Below are positions 13,392 through 26,400 of a stretch of DNA of 64,000 nucleotides, piece by piece (within the stretch, counting starts at the first letter, position 1; each line of letters starts with the position of its first letter). Under the pieces are notes generated by a model that did not search any database, was not told the DNA's origin, and was given only the letters and a program-made list of their open reading frames with translations. This stretch comes from Paragordius varius (taxonomy: Eukaryota > Animalia > Nematomorpha). The translations under genes and the position numbers were made by a program. The DNA lies in assembly GCA_964247055.1 (NCBI GenBank), contig OZ176053.1, forward strand, positions 12,834,001-12,898,000, in the 5' to 3' direction.

Positions 13392-14317
13392 AGCTCGCTA
13401 TGAGCCCTTAGCTAAAAAGAAAAAGAAAAATATTTTTTTCATTCTTCTGATTTAAGTGCTTAATGAAAAGCCTTGAGTCAATAAAAATATTGTCATAATA
13501 AATCTTGAAAATACCTTTATAGTAGCCAATAATTGAGTAAATGACCATTAAGAATTCCTCTTGAGAAAGGTTTTGAATGTCCTACAAGCATAAAAGAGTA
13601 TAAATTAGCAATTATTAATAAATAATATTAGCAAATTGTAACATGAATATAGATACAAAGTTAGTGATATGACGATAGTTATAAAATACTATGCACGATG
13701 ATGGATTCTTAAAAATAACAAAGTATGCAATTTGTTTAATTAATGGCTTCAAGGTACAGTTAGTTGATCTAGTTGATTATTTTGGATATGTTAAGGATCG
13801 AAAACTTAACCAAAATCGAATAAACTGGAGAAAATATGCCTTCGAAATAGCAATAAATCGACAACGATATTTGCTATAATAATAATAATATGAGTAATTT
13901 ATAATGCAAATTAATTTAATTCACAAAAACAACACATTTACGGACTAAATCTCAAACAATTATTTATTCTTCATTAGTTTTCTCCTTTTTAAACTTTTGA
14001 ATTTCTGATACTTAGTAGATTTAATCACTATCGTCTATCACTAACTTTGTATTAATATGAATGTTACTATTATATTATTTATTAATAATTGCTAATTTAT
14101 ACTCTTTTATGCTTGTAGGACATTCAAAAACTTTCCCAATGGGATTTTTTAATGGTCATTTACTCGACCATTGGATATTATAAAGGTATTTTCAAGATTT
14201 ATTATGACAATATTTTTATTGGCTCAAAATGGCTTTCCATCAAGCACTTAAATCAAAAGAATGAAAAAAATATTTTTATATTTTTTAATCTTTGTAGCTA
14301 AGGGCTCATAGAGAGCT
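13392..14317. repeat. ~925-bp foldback (arms ~13392-13685 and ~14025-14317)
   Basis: agctcgctatgagccc..gggctcatagagagct ends; gaatgtcctacaagcataaaagagtataaattagc is matched in reverse at ~14090-14125. Further pieces at ~51660-51845 and ~52990-53280. Confidence 0.85.
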
Positions 14318-14320
14318 ATT

Positions 14321-15900
14321 ACGATTAATTACACTAGACAAGAAATTTTTTGCCAGAGTTATTTGCATGTTCTGATTCATTTTAACAGAATCTGATATTA
14401 GAATTAAAATCTTAATTTAATTTTTATCAATTTATTTATAAATGTGTTGCCTTAAATATGCCACAGATGCCCATTCGTAATATATCGTTCGAAAGAGTTA
14501 TAAAAACTCAATAAAATGCATACTAATATTTACATCGTTAGTTATTGGAAGCGACAACGCAAAGTAGAGCTTTTTTCTTAATCAATATATTTTTAAAACT
14601 AATAGATGAAATAGGTCAAACTTTGTATGAAATGAATGTCTTAAAAAGATGACAGAAGCATGTTATTTTGAATAAACTCATTTTATCACATAATTGAACA
14701 AAGATATTCAGTGAAAATGAGATATTTATTCAAAATAATTTTTTAATAACTAAAAAACTTATATAGTAGCATATGCAGTAACAGATTGTTAGTGCGCAAT
14801 AATCTAAAAAACACAAAACAGGGGGATATCATGTATAGTGTATACAAAATCAGGGGACAATCCTGGTATATGTAAAAATGCGCATTTGGTTTTTGTAAAA
14901 TTGCGATGAAAATTGTAAAAATATTAGTGAAACAAATTTCCCAGATTTCTTATAAAAAATGTTAATTTTTCATTTAATGGTAGACCATTCGTGATTTGAA
15001 TTATGGAACTGTATATAAATACAATTAGAAATTATACAAGATCTTTATTTAAATTATTACTTGCTTTTCTCGTATTTAAAATTGAATAAGCGTGAGGTGT
15101 AAAATTATAATATTTTTAAAATTTGGGGTTTTTTGTTAAAAATAAATCACATGAGTTTACTTATTAAATGCATTACTTATATTATTTTTTATTAACCTCT
15201 AAACATTATTAACAGCTAAACTTTTAGATTTCTTGATTTTTTTTTGTAGTACAACATCTTATCTTCAAGTAACGTTATCTAAATTGGATATATCCTGTAA
15301 TACATTTCTAGAAGTTTGTTGAATATTGGTATTGTGGCTTTATTTTCTCTGAGTATTCATAAACATTTAATAATTTTCAATAAAAACCATTATAAATATT
15401 TATCACAAAAATTTTTTTTTAGTTTTTCAATACCAAATGTGCCGACCAAATGTTCTCAATTTTCATATTTTGATTATCATTCAGTCTTATTTATAAACAT
15501 ATATCCCCCTATTTTGTGTTTTTTAGAATATTTTGCACTAACAATCTTTTGCTGCATACGCTACTGTATTAAAATATATTAACTCCACCCAAGTCAATGA
15601 ATGAACTATCTAAAAATATAATCAAAATTATTATTAAAATTTACATCGTGAGATTATTAAGACCTTTTAAATTAAAACTTTCCAAATATATTTTTCTTGT
15701 CTATTAAATTCTCGGTACCGGGTTTATTATATAGTTACACTAACTAAATTTATGTGAAATCAAAAATTTTAAGTTACTGGATTAAACGATAAATATTTAT
15801 CAATAAACAATTATAATTGCAAAAGTTTTATTGATTAAAATTTATATGATTTTTAAAAAAAAATATATACAAAAAATGCCAGGAGTAAAGATTAATGGCT
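14321..15900 (+). repeat. Family A partial copy 3 (5' part), interrupted by a MITE
   Basis: Matches 5203-5395 plus 7881-8350 and 1361-2000. Confidence 0.8.
14764..15566. mobile_element. Tc1/mariner-type MITE (803 bp, ~65-bp TIR, TA TSD)
   Basis: TA|(T/C)AGTAGCATATGCAG..CTGCATACGCTACTG|TA. The host repeat is continuous across the insertion (compare 8001-8020). Confidence 0.85.
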
Positions 15901-16339
15901 GCTAGCCCACAACAAGTTGAAGCCGCAAATCAGGAAATGCAATTAACGACGATAGGCATACCAACAAAAGATAGCAATAAAAGAACAGCACCGAGTAATA
16001 TCCATATATCCATAACAACAACGAAATTTCCCTGATCGCCTTACTATGGGGGGGGGGGGGGAACATAATGTTATTATTTATTGACATTTATAATACAAAT
16101 TATTTAAAAATACATAAATATACCTGTGAAAGTTAGAAAAATTTAACTCAATAAATCAATTTTATACATTATTCATATCATGTGCCTAATAATTTAATCG
16201 TGAAAGCTGCTCTCATTGCAAAAATATCGCTAAAATAAATCAGTTAATTTTAGCATATTTTATGTTAGCTCCAAAAAAGTCTTAATTTTGACCATCCATT
16301 GTAAATCTGTTTTAATATTAAGGCATAATGCCGCAATCT

Positions 16340-17310
16340 AATTATCATTAAATCGTATGGTATGACTGAGGGGTCATTTGTAAACTATTCCGTAGCCCCT
16401 ACACAGGATACTAGCATTATTAAGTCATGCCATATTCTTTTAGGGGTATGTGTACACTACATCTTAAGATGCACTCTTCCCTTTGCCTTTCACATTATAA
16501 TCATTTATCGATAAAAATAGATCTCTACTCTTGATGAGTCCAGACCATCTGAAACGATTTAGTCTCATTTATTGTTTATATGTTTTATTTCAGTAGATTC
16601 TATATTATCCTAATTCTTCACTTTGCTCTTTATCACACCACACATTACCCCAACTATTTCCTGCTTTTCTACTGTATTGCCCATTTTAATATCATTGTTG
16701 GCTATACAACTGCATCATCAGTCTTATACTTAACTTTTATGTTAAGATTTATGTCCCATATAACATTTGAGATCTTTGGATAATTTTCACTAGTTCAATT
16801 TTTTACATTATCATCACTGCTGCTAAAATTCTAAAATATATTGACTCCACATTCTTTTTTATACAACCTTTTTAATCTTATCTGTAGTTTTTCTGACCAA
16901 ATTTTGTCGTTTTTTCTTTTTAACTTTTAAAACACATAATGTAATGCATTAATCCTTTAATTCCCTAATGATTTAGGCACGTCTGACGGAATTAGGTCAT
17001 TTGCATAAAGATAACACACTGTTAATTCTTGAATTCCCAAATGTGCCTCATAAACAACGAATGCTGACTCCAGATACGCTGAGGTCTTCAATAAATACGG
17101 ATATGCCGCACATGCATTTTATGATATTTTTGTAACGGTCAGGCACATTTTTTGTCTTAAACTCTATGGTACTTTGCGGTAATTTTTGAAAGAGTTTCAC
17201 TATCAGCAAACGGTGTCCACCATCTCACCTAAGCTTAGGCGTTAGGATGTTAACAGCACAAAAATCTACCGCAAGAACTCTCATCCCTCCACTTTAAGTC
17301 CGAATAAGCC
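16340..17310 (-). pseudogene. Decayed RTE non-LTR retrotransposon, 3' fragment (RT and C-terminus)
   Basis: Minus strand reads LYANDL (YADD-like, ~16993-17010) and RLNRFRWSGLIKSRD (RLRWFGH-like, ~16520-16565). Confidence 0.7.
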
Positions 17311-17354
17311 CTTTTTTAAATATTTTTTGTATTTTTGATTTTTTTGCTTTTTCC

Positions 17355-17396
17355 ATATATACATATATATATATATATATAATATGTATATATATA
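17355..17396. repeat. (TA)n microsatellite, likely the 3' tail of the adjacent RTE
   Basis: Imperfect TA run directly at the 3' end of the minus-strand element. Confidence 0.7.
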
Positions 17397-20300
17397 CCCT
17401 ATATGTGTAAGCAATTGCTCCTCCAACCCTGCTTTTTGACCATGGTAGGAATCAATACCAAATTTTTTCTTCGGTCTCAACATGGCACTTCTTTTCGAGA
17501 TTTACCTTTTAACACGTTGGCCAAATCTGTAAGACAACTACATCTTTTTCCCATAATCTTAAGTGAACCATCCGATCCAAAGTTGCCAATTAATTAAGAA
17601 AAATTAATTCGTATGAATTTTTCCCTCCTTTGTGTTGTGATTGATCCGATCCTCCCACACCGATTGAAACTTAACACATGAATTTAGCAATGTAGGATGA
17701 GTGACCTTGATGCAATCTACAAAGCCACCGTAGTCTTATATAGCAAATCATCTAGTTTGCTTCTGTTACTTACTCGATACACACTTATATAATCGTATTT
17801 AGAGATGTTCTCAAAGCTTCTAATGCCGGAGTCAATAAAGCTGTCTAGTATCGAGACACATCCTGTGGGTTAGTTTATCATCATCCGTACAGAGTTAAAA
17901 GAATAATAGGAGGCTTTTTAAAGATGCAATTCTGCAGCACGCGCAAGAAGAGTATTCTCGCTAAGTGTAATCGGTTGGTTATTTCCTTAGACATCCCCCT
18001 ACCCCAGCTGTTTAACCCCAAGATATAAAAAGCTCTGCACATCCTCGATCATCGATCCTCTCAATACAATCGGCTGGTAACTACGTCCGGAGTGATACCT
18101 GATAGCTACACTTGGGTTTTTAAGGTTAAAATAATAACGTCAAACATCCGGAGTGTACTATCGATTTCCAATCGATTCCGTTCATCACGAGAGTGTCACA
18201 GGAGAACTATATACACAAAGACAAGTAATGTCCGCACCCTATCTTGCTTCGAAATCAAGCCACTGAGAATTGACTCTAGAGGTTGTTTCGAATTTCTCCA
18301 AAATATTGGAAATAATCGCTTCTCTTAGATGCCCTTTTCTGAAAATGTTCAAAGAGTAGGTGACCCCTGCTACCTTACCACCGCATTCCAAGTTAACCCA
18401 GTCCTCGCCATTTGACTTGACCCTAACCTTGTTGCCTAGCCCCAAGCCGCGCCCGTTAGCCAAATACTTTGGGGTACATCCGCATTGAACTAGGAATTTT
18501 AGGAGTGTTTGATGTGGTTTACAGTCAAAGCTCCATCTAAATAGGAAAGACGGCATGTGTAGCTTTCTCCATATAGATTTTATTCATCTCATCATATGTA
18601 TCAGGTGGATTGTGGTCCTAAGATTTCATAACCCACACGCGTATCGGACATGACTCCAAAGTTTCTAAAACGAGCATCTATCACCCGTTTAAGATTTTTC
18701 CGCCAACATTAAATAAAGAGGCGGTATGGTTTAGGGTCTTCCTGCTTACTTTTAGGTATATATATTGCAGATATCCAGAGCCTTCGTTCTTCTGGTACTA
18801 CGCCCGACGTCCAAACTACATTAAAATTCCTTCCAAATGCTTAACAGCACAGTATGATTCGATTGCAACATTATCGATACCGCACGCTTAACGAAATTTC
18901 ATCGAACGGATTTAAGCTTTTATTTCAGCCAACATCAAGTGCGCTGAACAAGCTCGATGGTGGGAGACCATAGTCATCACTTGTGTGCAAGGCTTCATAA
19001 AATATATCCAGGAATCGGTATCCGCACCCTTGGCTAAATTACGCCTTCTGTCCGTAGCCACCTTTAACCCAATTTAATTGTCACAGTTAGCCTCTTTGAT
19101 GCAGCAGAGCGTTCTTTAATCGCCATTAGGTTCTCCACTTCTTCCGCCTTCGTATGAGTTCCAAAATTGCCCTCATTACTTGCTTATTAAGAGTTTTGTA
19201 AGTCAGGCGCGAAATCGTGCTTTTCCTTTATCATCTCTGCACCACCCCAGACTGGAAGCATATTGACCTGTGTACAACCAATATAGCTTTTGGTTTTCTT
19301 GAAATAGTTGAACTTCTACATTTCTATGATCTTAACCTTTGATTAATTTAGATTTAACATCCTTATCGTACCCTTATTACATTATTGCTTAGCAGTTTAT
19401 CTTGCCTTCTCATGGCCACATTTTCGTATCACAGATTTTTAACGCTTTAAGGATCATATAATAAGACATTTGTCACTAACCGACCGCCCACTTTAGATAC
19501 CATTTGATCGTATTTGACCTTCCCGTTCGGTTTTACCCAACTTTTTATTTACCAAAATGATTTGCTGTACTTACATTCGGTATCTTTTAGCCTGCCTTTA
19601 GACACACATATATTACCGCTTTCCGATATCGGCCTTGATTCTGTTTGCAATTATATTATAGTGTTATACAGAATCACAATTGAGAGCGTCAAGACCTATT
19701 GCCGCATTGAAATCGCTTAGCACAATGAGGCTCTACCACAACATTTGACACATCTACAGATTTTTTTAAAGAAAGCGCCTTAAACCCAGGTCATTAGGGT
19801 TGGATCATAAACCGACAACAGCGTAAACTTCTTTCATATTGTAAGTTTCAATCTTGCTTTTCGAGAACAACTAAGGTAAACATTTTAAACGCTAGAAACC
19901 CACAACCGCCTATTCCATTCGTACAGGGACTGAATAGTAGCATAAGCCACTACACATATATTCAGTAGCTAACGAAATACGGTGATCTTGTATTGCGATG
20001 TCGGCAATATTCTGTATCTCGCGCCTACGAACACAAGTTGGTTTCTTAACTGATCCATGAGAATACCAACATTTAAGTGCCAAACTGTACGGGTACACTC
20101 TTTGACCTTGGGAGCCGCAAATCATTACATGACGAACTAATGGCTTTAGAAGTAGAGTAAGAAGTTTATAATGTGTCATGATTTGTATTTGTATGTTTTA
20201 GTATTTTCATATATATTGATTAGCAGTTGTGCCCTGGCAGCTTAAGGTGTGCTAGATTTTAGCAATGCTCGTCTATCACCTATATCGCCGGGCATTGATA

Positions 20301-20900
20301 TTCACATCTATTCACCTATCGCAATTACTGAGATTGACAGGGTTGCCCCACAGCAGCACTGCATAGCAGAATATTATCAAAAAAATGCAGGCTGACCAGG
20401 CACTGTAAAAGTAGACATCATCCTTAGTAGCCAGCTGCCGCAGTAGGATAATTACTTAAATCCAATGTTTTACGCAAAACAAAGCAGCCACCATCACTGC
20501 CACATCGGTGAATCCACCTTTTAAGCTAGACTTCATCTGTCGTTAGCCGACCCGTGGAGCAGACTATCGAAGCCGCCATACCATTTGTTTACATCCCATG
20601 CATGTTGGTAACATCACATGAGGATTTAATTATCTCGACCACTAACGACCATTCTTTCCACATGCGTAATTTTACAAACTTAAGGACAGAGTTGTACAAC
20701 GGCCACAGCCATTTCCACCTCGTCACCAACTAAGACACAGTCAAAGTCTGCACGGACCCATCAATATGCCATCCCTGTTAGTCCCCCTCTTGACCTCATA
20801 TACCCTTTTTCGAATGTAGGTTCCCAGCTTAGTTCCCGTTCGCCGTCATTCAAACACTGACATTGCCCAATGATCGACGCGGGGTAAGAAAATGACTCAT
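17397..20900 (-). mobile_element. Full-length but decayed RTE-clade non-LTR retrotransposon (~3.5 kb)
   Basis: APE motifs FGT-LNVG (~20066-20084), SVYDPT (~19800) and LIVLSDFNAAIG (~19720). RT motifs KATHAVF..AFDCKPH..CGCTPK (~18480-18570) and TLFNIF-like (~18350). ~700-nt GC-richer 5' region; sharp GC drop at 20900. Confidence 0.85.
20832..20900 (-). ncRNA. Degenerate HDV-like (delta) ribozyme at the RTE 5' end
   Basis: P1 ATGA(G)TC/GATCAT; P2 TTCTT/GGGAA; P3 (G)AC/GTC; GGG after P1; P4 GTCA/TGAC; J4/2 GGCGAA. L3 is shortened to 5 nt. Confidence 0.6.
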
Positions 20901-22371
20901 AGTTTCAAACGTTTTTGAATATTGTTAAATGCCATTCAAGTCCTTTTCCTTTCAATAATTTATTCTAACTGGATGATGGAATCTAAAGAGAAAAAGTTAA
21001 GAGATTAATGGATGTTAGAAATTTTAATTATTTTAGTATTTTTTATGTTTGGATTTATTTTAATATCAAAATTCTTTTCTTTAAAATCAGCTCAAAGCTC
21101 ACCCTTATTTGAAACCTATATATTTAGGCTATTATTCTCCATTTTTCGGTACTTTCTAGCTTAATTGTATAGGACATCATTTTTATCCCTGTGTGAGTGT
21201 TATGGCTTACTTTCGGACGGTATTATTCTCACGTAAATGTATTATTAAAAATATAATTAAATATCTGACATCAAAAAATATCTTTTGAATAGATGCATTC
21301 TCTGTTTAAAAATAAACCAGGGAAATATGATGAAACTAGTAAAAACGGTGAAAAAAACACTCATTCTATATTCGATGATGCTGAACATCTCTGTTACAGT
21401 CAAATAAATGAGTTATACGTTTTTAAATTAATAAATTGTTTTTTTACAACTTGCTAAAATATAAAACGAAAATTTTTTTGTGAGATGATGTTTAGGGTCA
21501 TTTAATATTAATTTTCTAGCGTATAAAACTATTTTATTTAGGTTCCAAATGCTAAAATATAAAATACCTCAATAAAATTTTGCCAAAGTATGCATTTTTA
21601 TCTAAAAAATTTCGATATATGGCATATATTACAAATTATTATAGTGCAACAGCATTGTGAATATCTAGAAAACTAGCCCCTTTTGATCAGAGTCAAAAAA
21701 AACTTTTGAAGCTTCCACAAAATAATAAAATTTGATATAAATTTTATTAAATATAGATCATGAACTATTATGATAACGTTTTTAATACAAATTATTTAGC
21801 TTTGACCAAATGTTAAATATAATTTTCGAGAATTTTAGAATATTAGATACCGAAATTATGACAAAAGAATTTTTTTAATAGGCCTAATACAAGATATTTT
21901 GTGCAATGTGTTTAACTAGAGTTTTATTTTATGGGATGGTTTTAAAACCCGCCCGAAACAAAAACTTAATTTCCGAATAAATACCAATATAAGAAAAACT
22001 ACAATAACTAATTGCTCCATATCGACCAATTACAACATTATTTGTATGAAATTTTAGCTTTAAAAAGCGATTATTTAAATCCATAAAATATAAGGCGAAG
22101 TTAGGCGGAAATCGAAATTGTACAAAAAATACAAGAATAATCTTTTCATATTTAAATTACCATTTAAAGGTGTATTTTTATAGCTATCTATATACATTCC
22201 ACATTATTTACCGGCAAAAATATGAGGTGTAGCTGTTTTTTACTAAGATACATTTATTTATAATTTAATAAAGAATATATTCCCTATATCCATTATTTTG
22301 AACATCATATTATAAATTTTATTATTGAAGTGTACATTTATAACATCCTCATTTTTATTTAAACTCCATTA

Positions 22372-24202
22372 CAGTGATACTCAAACCGCGGCCGCGGGCC
22401 GCATTCGGCCCTAAGAGTGCTTTAAAATTGCCCTATGACCAAATTGATACATAAATTATTTTTTTGATGAATTTTTAAATTACGCATAAGCGAATTTTCG
22501 CGTATTTTAATATTAATTTATTTTCTTTAAAGTTAATTTTGGTATTTTTTATTTTTTACCCAATTTGAAAAGTAGAAAAATTTTCCTACATTAAAATGAT
22601 TTCAAAATTTTGGCAAACGTTGTTTCTGTTTCTGCATTTTATTTTATTTTCTATTTTAATATTTTTATTGCATTCCTTTTTTGTAACCTTTCACCCAAAC
22701 TTGCATATTCTTTTCATTGCTATCTTACATCATTTTCTGATACTCATTTCCATAAAATATTTATCAAATCAACATCATTAAATTTCGTCCTGTTTTTTTA
22801 TGGCATATTCAAAAAATTATACTCCTATTTAAGAAAAATTTACATAATATTTAAACATAAATTAAAAGGATGACATTTAAGCTAAAAAACGTAAATTATC
22901 CGATGAAAATTGCTCCTTTAAAAGAATAGGAAAAAAATTTTTTTGTCGTTTTTAAAAAAATGTTGTTTCCTGCTTTATATGTAAGCACCACATAATTATA
23001 AAAAATACAATATGGAAAGACATCTCAATGTGCGCTCTTCATGAGATTTTGCAACGACAACATAATCAACGAGTATTTATTTTTACCAATGAATAATACC
23101 ACGAAAAGAAGTAATTTCCTAGAAATGATTAGCATTTTTTTCGATAATAATGGCATATCTATGAAAAAATTGGTTTTGTGCACAGATGGCTGTCCCTCTA
23201 TCATTGGAATAAACAAAGGAATTATTCCCATTTTGAAAAACAAATATAATTTGCAAAATATGTTATCCTTTTACTGCTTTATTCATCAGCAACTTGGTTT
23301 CGCGTATAAAAGATGAATCACTCAATTCAGTAATAAAAACGTTTGTGGATATAGTTAACCGTGACAAAAAATTCATCGGCCTTAAATTCAAAAACCTTCT
23401 GAAAGATATCCACAGTGAATCTGACCCTTTTTGTACACCGCTGTGCGATGGCTTAACCTTATCAAAGTATTAAGTAGATTTTTTGTTTTAAGGCATAAAA
23501 TTCTATTAATTATAAATCATAACAGAAGGTTTATCGAGGAAAATAATAGTGACAAACAGTGGGTTTTATTAGCCTACCTTTGCGACATTACCGGGGAGGT
23601 TATCATTTAACATTTTTATCTAATGAGATGAGAATTAAGAAATATTAAAAATTGCTTAGAACTGAAAATCCATGGCATATGGATATATCCAATATTAAGC
23701 AACTTGAGCATTTCGGTTTTGACAGGCGCATATCATTGAAATATTCGTAGATCTTAAATATGATTTCAGGAGGCTAATTAGGAGAATCGTGGGGAAGAAA
23801 GAAATGTAGAGTTTTGGCAAGATGAGCCAAATACTGTTTTTCCTTCAACTTACACGTGTGAGGCGGCATATTCAAAAATAAAGTATGTCAAGAATACATA
23901 CAGAAATCGCTTAACCGATGATCATATGGACGATGTATTAAGATTGGCCTGTCATGAGGCAAAACTTGTCAAAAATTATTGGTTAATATCAAAATAAATG
24001 ATAACGAAATATTTTAATTTTTTAAATGGTGCATTTTTAGCTGGATTTACATGCGATCCGCAAAAATTTTATTGTGCAGAGAGTATAATTATGTGCATAT
24101 GTGTCAAATAACTATAGAATATTTGCCATTATAAGGTTCATGGCCCTCGAAAAAATAATATATTTAATTTGGCCCGTCAAATTTTTTTGCTGAGTACCAC
24201 TG
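22372..24202 (+). mobile_element. hAT DNA transposon, Buster/Charlie-like, internally decayed
   Basis: TIR CAGTGATACTCA / TGAGTACCACTG. Perfect 8-bp TSD CTCCATTA at 22364-22371 and 24203-24210. GGCCGCGGGCCGC subterminal motifs. Confidence 0.95.
23010..23990 (+). pseudogene. hAT transposase remnant (GTF2IRD2/ZBED8/EPM2AIP1-like family)
   Basis: TTKRSNF..LCTDGCPSIIGINKG..YCFIHQQ (TDG..CxxH motifs) in ORF 23041-23316. Later fragments include RNRLTDDHMDDVLRL (~23900). Confidence 0.85.
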
Positions 24203-25949
24203 CTCCATTACCTTTTGGGGTTCTATATCCCAGGGCGATTAAATATAATATTGAATTAAGCCGAAATTAAAAATACTTTATTTAGGATTTAAGGGGCATT
24301 TAGGTGGCGCCTTTTTTTTCATTTTCAATCGCTATTCAATAAGCAATAACTGTATAGTATGCCAGCAAAAACTTGATATATTTTGATTTCAAAATCACTA
24401 GTTCGTTAAATCGTGTTTAGGAGCCGTATTTTAGACTCTAATAGTCACCAAAGGTAAAGAATATACGCTTTTTTAATCCATGACAACTATGTTTAATAAT
24501 AAGATCTGGGATATAAAACTACCCAAGGTATTCAGACCCAAAAAGTGAAAAAGGTATGCAGTATTAAATAAATTTATTTAAATTTAGTAGTTATTTCAAT
24601 ACTTGTTCGCACTTTAGATAATATTATTAAGGGTGATTATAAATTTGGGTTTAGTATTTTTTCATTTGATATAAAATTTTTTAATAACTCTCACTAATAT
24701 TAGCGAAACTGTGCATATAATTGATTTGCACCTATACAGCGATGTTTTGTAAACAATTTTAATTAGTTTTATTGGTGAAATAAGGGTTCAAATATACATT
24801 AATAAAAATATTTTAGTGAATTTTTAAACATAAAATCACAATTACCTCTGGTTTTGATTTATTAAATTTGATTTGAAAATTCACCAAAATTAAGTTACCA
24901 AGCATTCATAATTATCAATTTGTTAGCATCACCGAATTTAGAAAAGCATTTTAATAATATATACGGCAATATACCGTTTCCATCCTGCCTTAAAGTACTA
25001 TGAAGTACGCTTCAATAAATTGCTAAAAATTATTTTAAAAAAGCCACTTTTTTAAAAATATTTTCAGATGCTTTCCAAATATAAAATTTTATTGTATATT
25101 CATTTTGCCTTTATTTTAAAAGAACTGGCCCATATTAGTGTAGCTCAAAATTTTGGGACTTTCGGAGCCCACATCTATAAAATAATTTTTTTAAAAAAAA
25201 TGATTTGCTTTTTATATGTAGTTTATGATATATTTTAATAAAATTTTTTGAATTGAGCCTTTATTCACCAAAAAATATATTTAAAAATGGATGTACTGAT
25301 ACGGAGCACTTATTACAAAAGTGTAAATAACTCTCTTAACATACACACAATTATTTCAGTCTTTTTCAAATTGGGGTCCAGTATGTTTTTTAACCATGGC
25401 AAAAGTTTGCACTCATATAACATAAATAAACGGTAAGAACTCATTCAAAAATACATGATTACTCAAATAAAGTTTAACCAAAAGGTAAAAATTAAGTCCA
25501 CATGACATGTGTGCATTAGCAAAATAAAAAATAATAAACCAGTTTGTTTGTATGTTAGATGTGATTTAAATAAAAATCTAGCTTTAACATTTAAATAAAC
25601 ACGATATGAAAAAGGGTTCTAAAATAAAAAAACCGTCATTTGATATGGAACTTGTTAAAAAAACTAAATTTTAATTAATATTTTATTATATATATAAATT
25701 TATTAGGATAGAAGCATAAATTGTAATTGGAATTGTTTCTTTCGATAGTTTTTAAATATATCAATTTAAATTAAACTAGTATATTTAGATACCCCATAAA
25801 TGCAAATGTATCATTTTTACTAAACTAAAAGCACCATGAAAATCCTGTTACATTTTCAATCAGAATATATGTATTTGATAAGATTGTTTTTTACAAACCC
25901 GGTTATGTACGCAGTGTATTGGGTGAATTTAATGCCATTGGCACTGACG

Positions 25950-26400
25950 CAACATATAAAATAGATGAGGCAAACGGACTGTTATAAAAAACGATAAAGG
26001 CGGCGCCTTAACTTTTGCATGATACAAGCTATTCATCTCAAACTGTTTATTCCACCCACCCAAAAGACGGCTTTACACATGGATTTAAACCTGTGTCAAA
26101 CATAAATAGATTTATTATGAAAATATACTAATAAAAAAACTTAAGTTCCGATTGTTTTTCCGATCCCTATTTTCTGTTGGCAATCTTAACCAACTTACGA
26201 TTCATGACCATAAGTGCGGCACAAACTAAACCAGATTATTCTTCAGTACCAAATTTCCCTGTTCAAAAACTAAATCCTGATGATAATGCTGAAAACCTAT
26301 GGTCAGCGATGGAAAAAATAATCATTAGTACAGCCAACTAATCCAGCCCCAATGAAAATATAAGTGCATCTTGTCTCTAGACGAGCCAAGTCTGACCTGC
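25950..26400 (+). pseudogene. Highly decayed non-LTR (RTE-like) endonuclease/linker fragment
   Basis: Local GC rise. NPDDNAENLWSAMEKII resembles the post-endonuclease W..LK..I helix; upstream HP..IDY-like remnants. Confidence 0.45.

Noticed and set aside
13691-13879. ORF with W.KYA, reminiscent of VPS13-like proteins
   Set aside because: It lies in the spacer of a repeat whose other copy (~53150-53280) is not open, and the similarity is too short to support a call.
16531-16566. Hammerhead-like TTGATGAG..GAAAC on the + strand
   Set aside because: The core is not CUGA and stem II is poor. It is the antisense of the RTE RLRWFGH-like coding motif.
26277-26304. Hammerhead-like CTGATGA..GAAAACC-TAT-GGTC
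   Set aside because: No stem II closing pair and no stem I; it lies in a probable RTE coding remnant.
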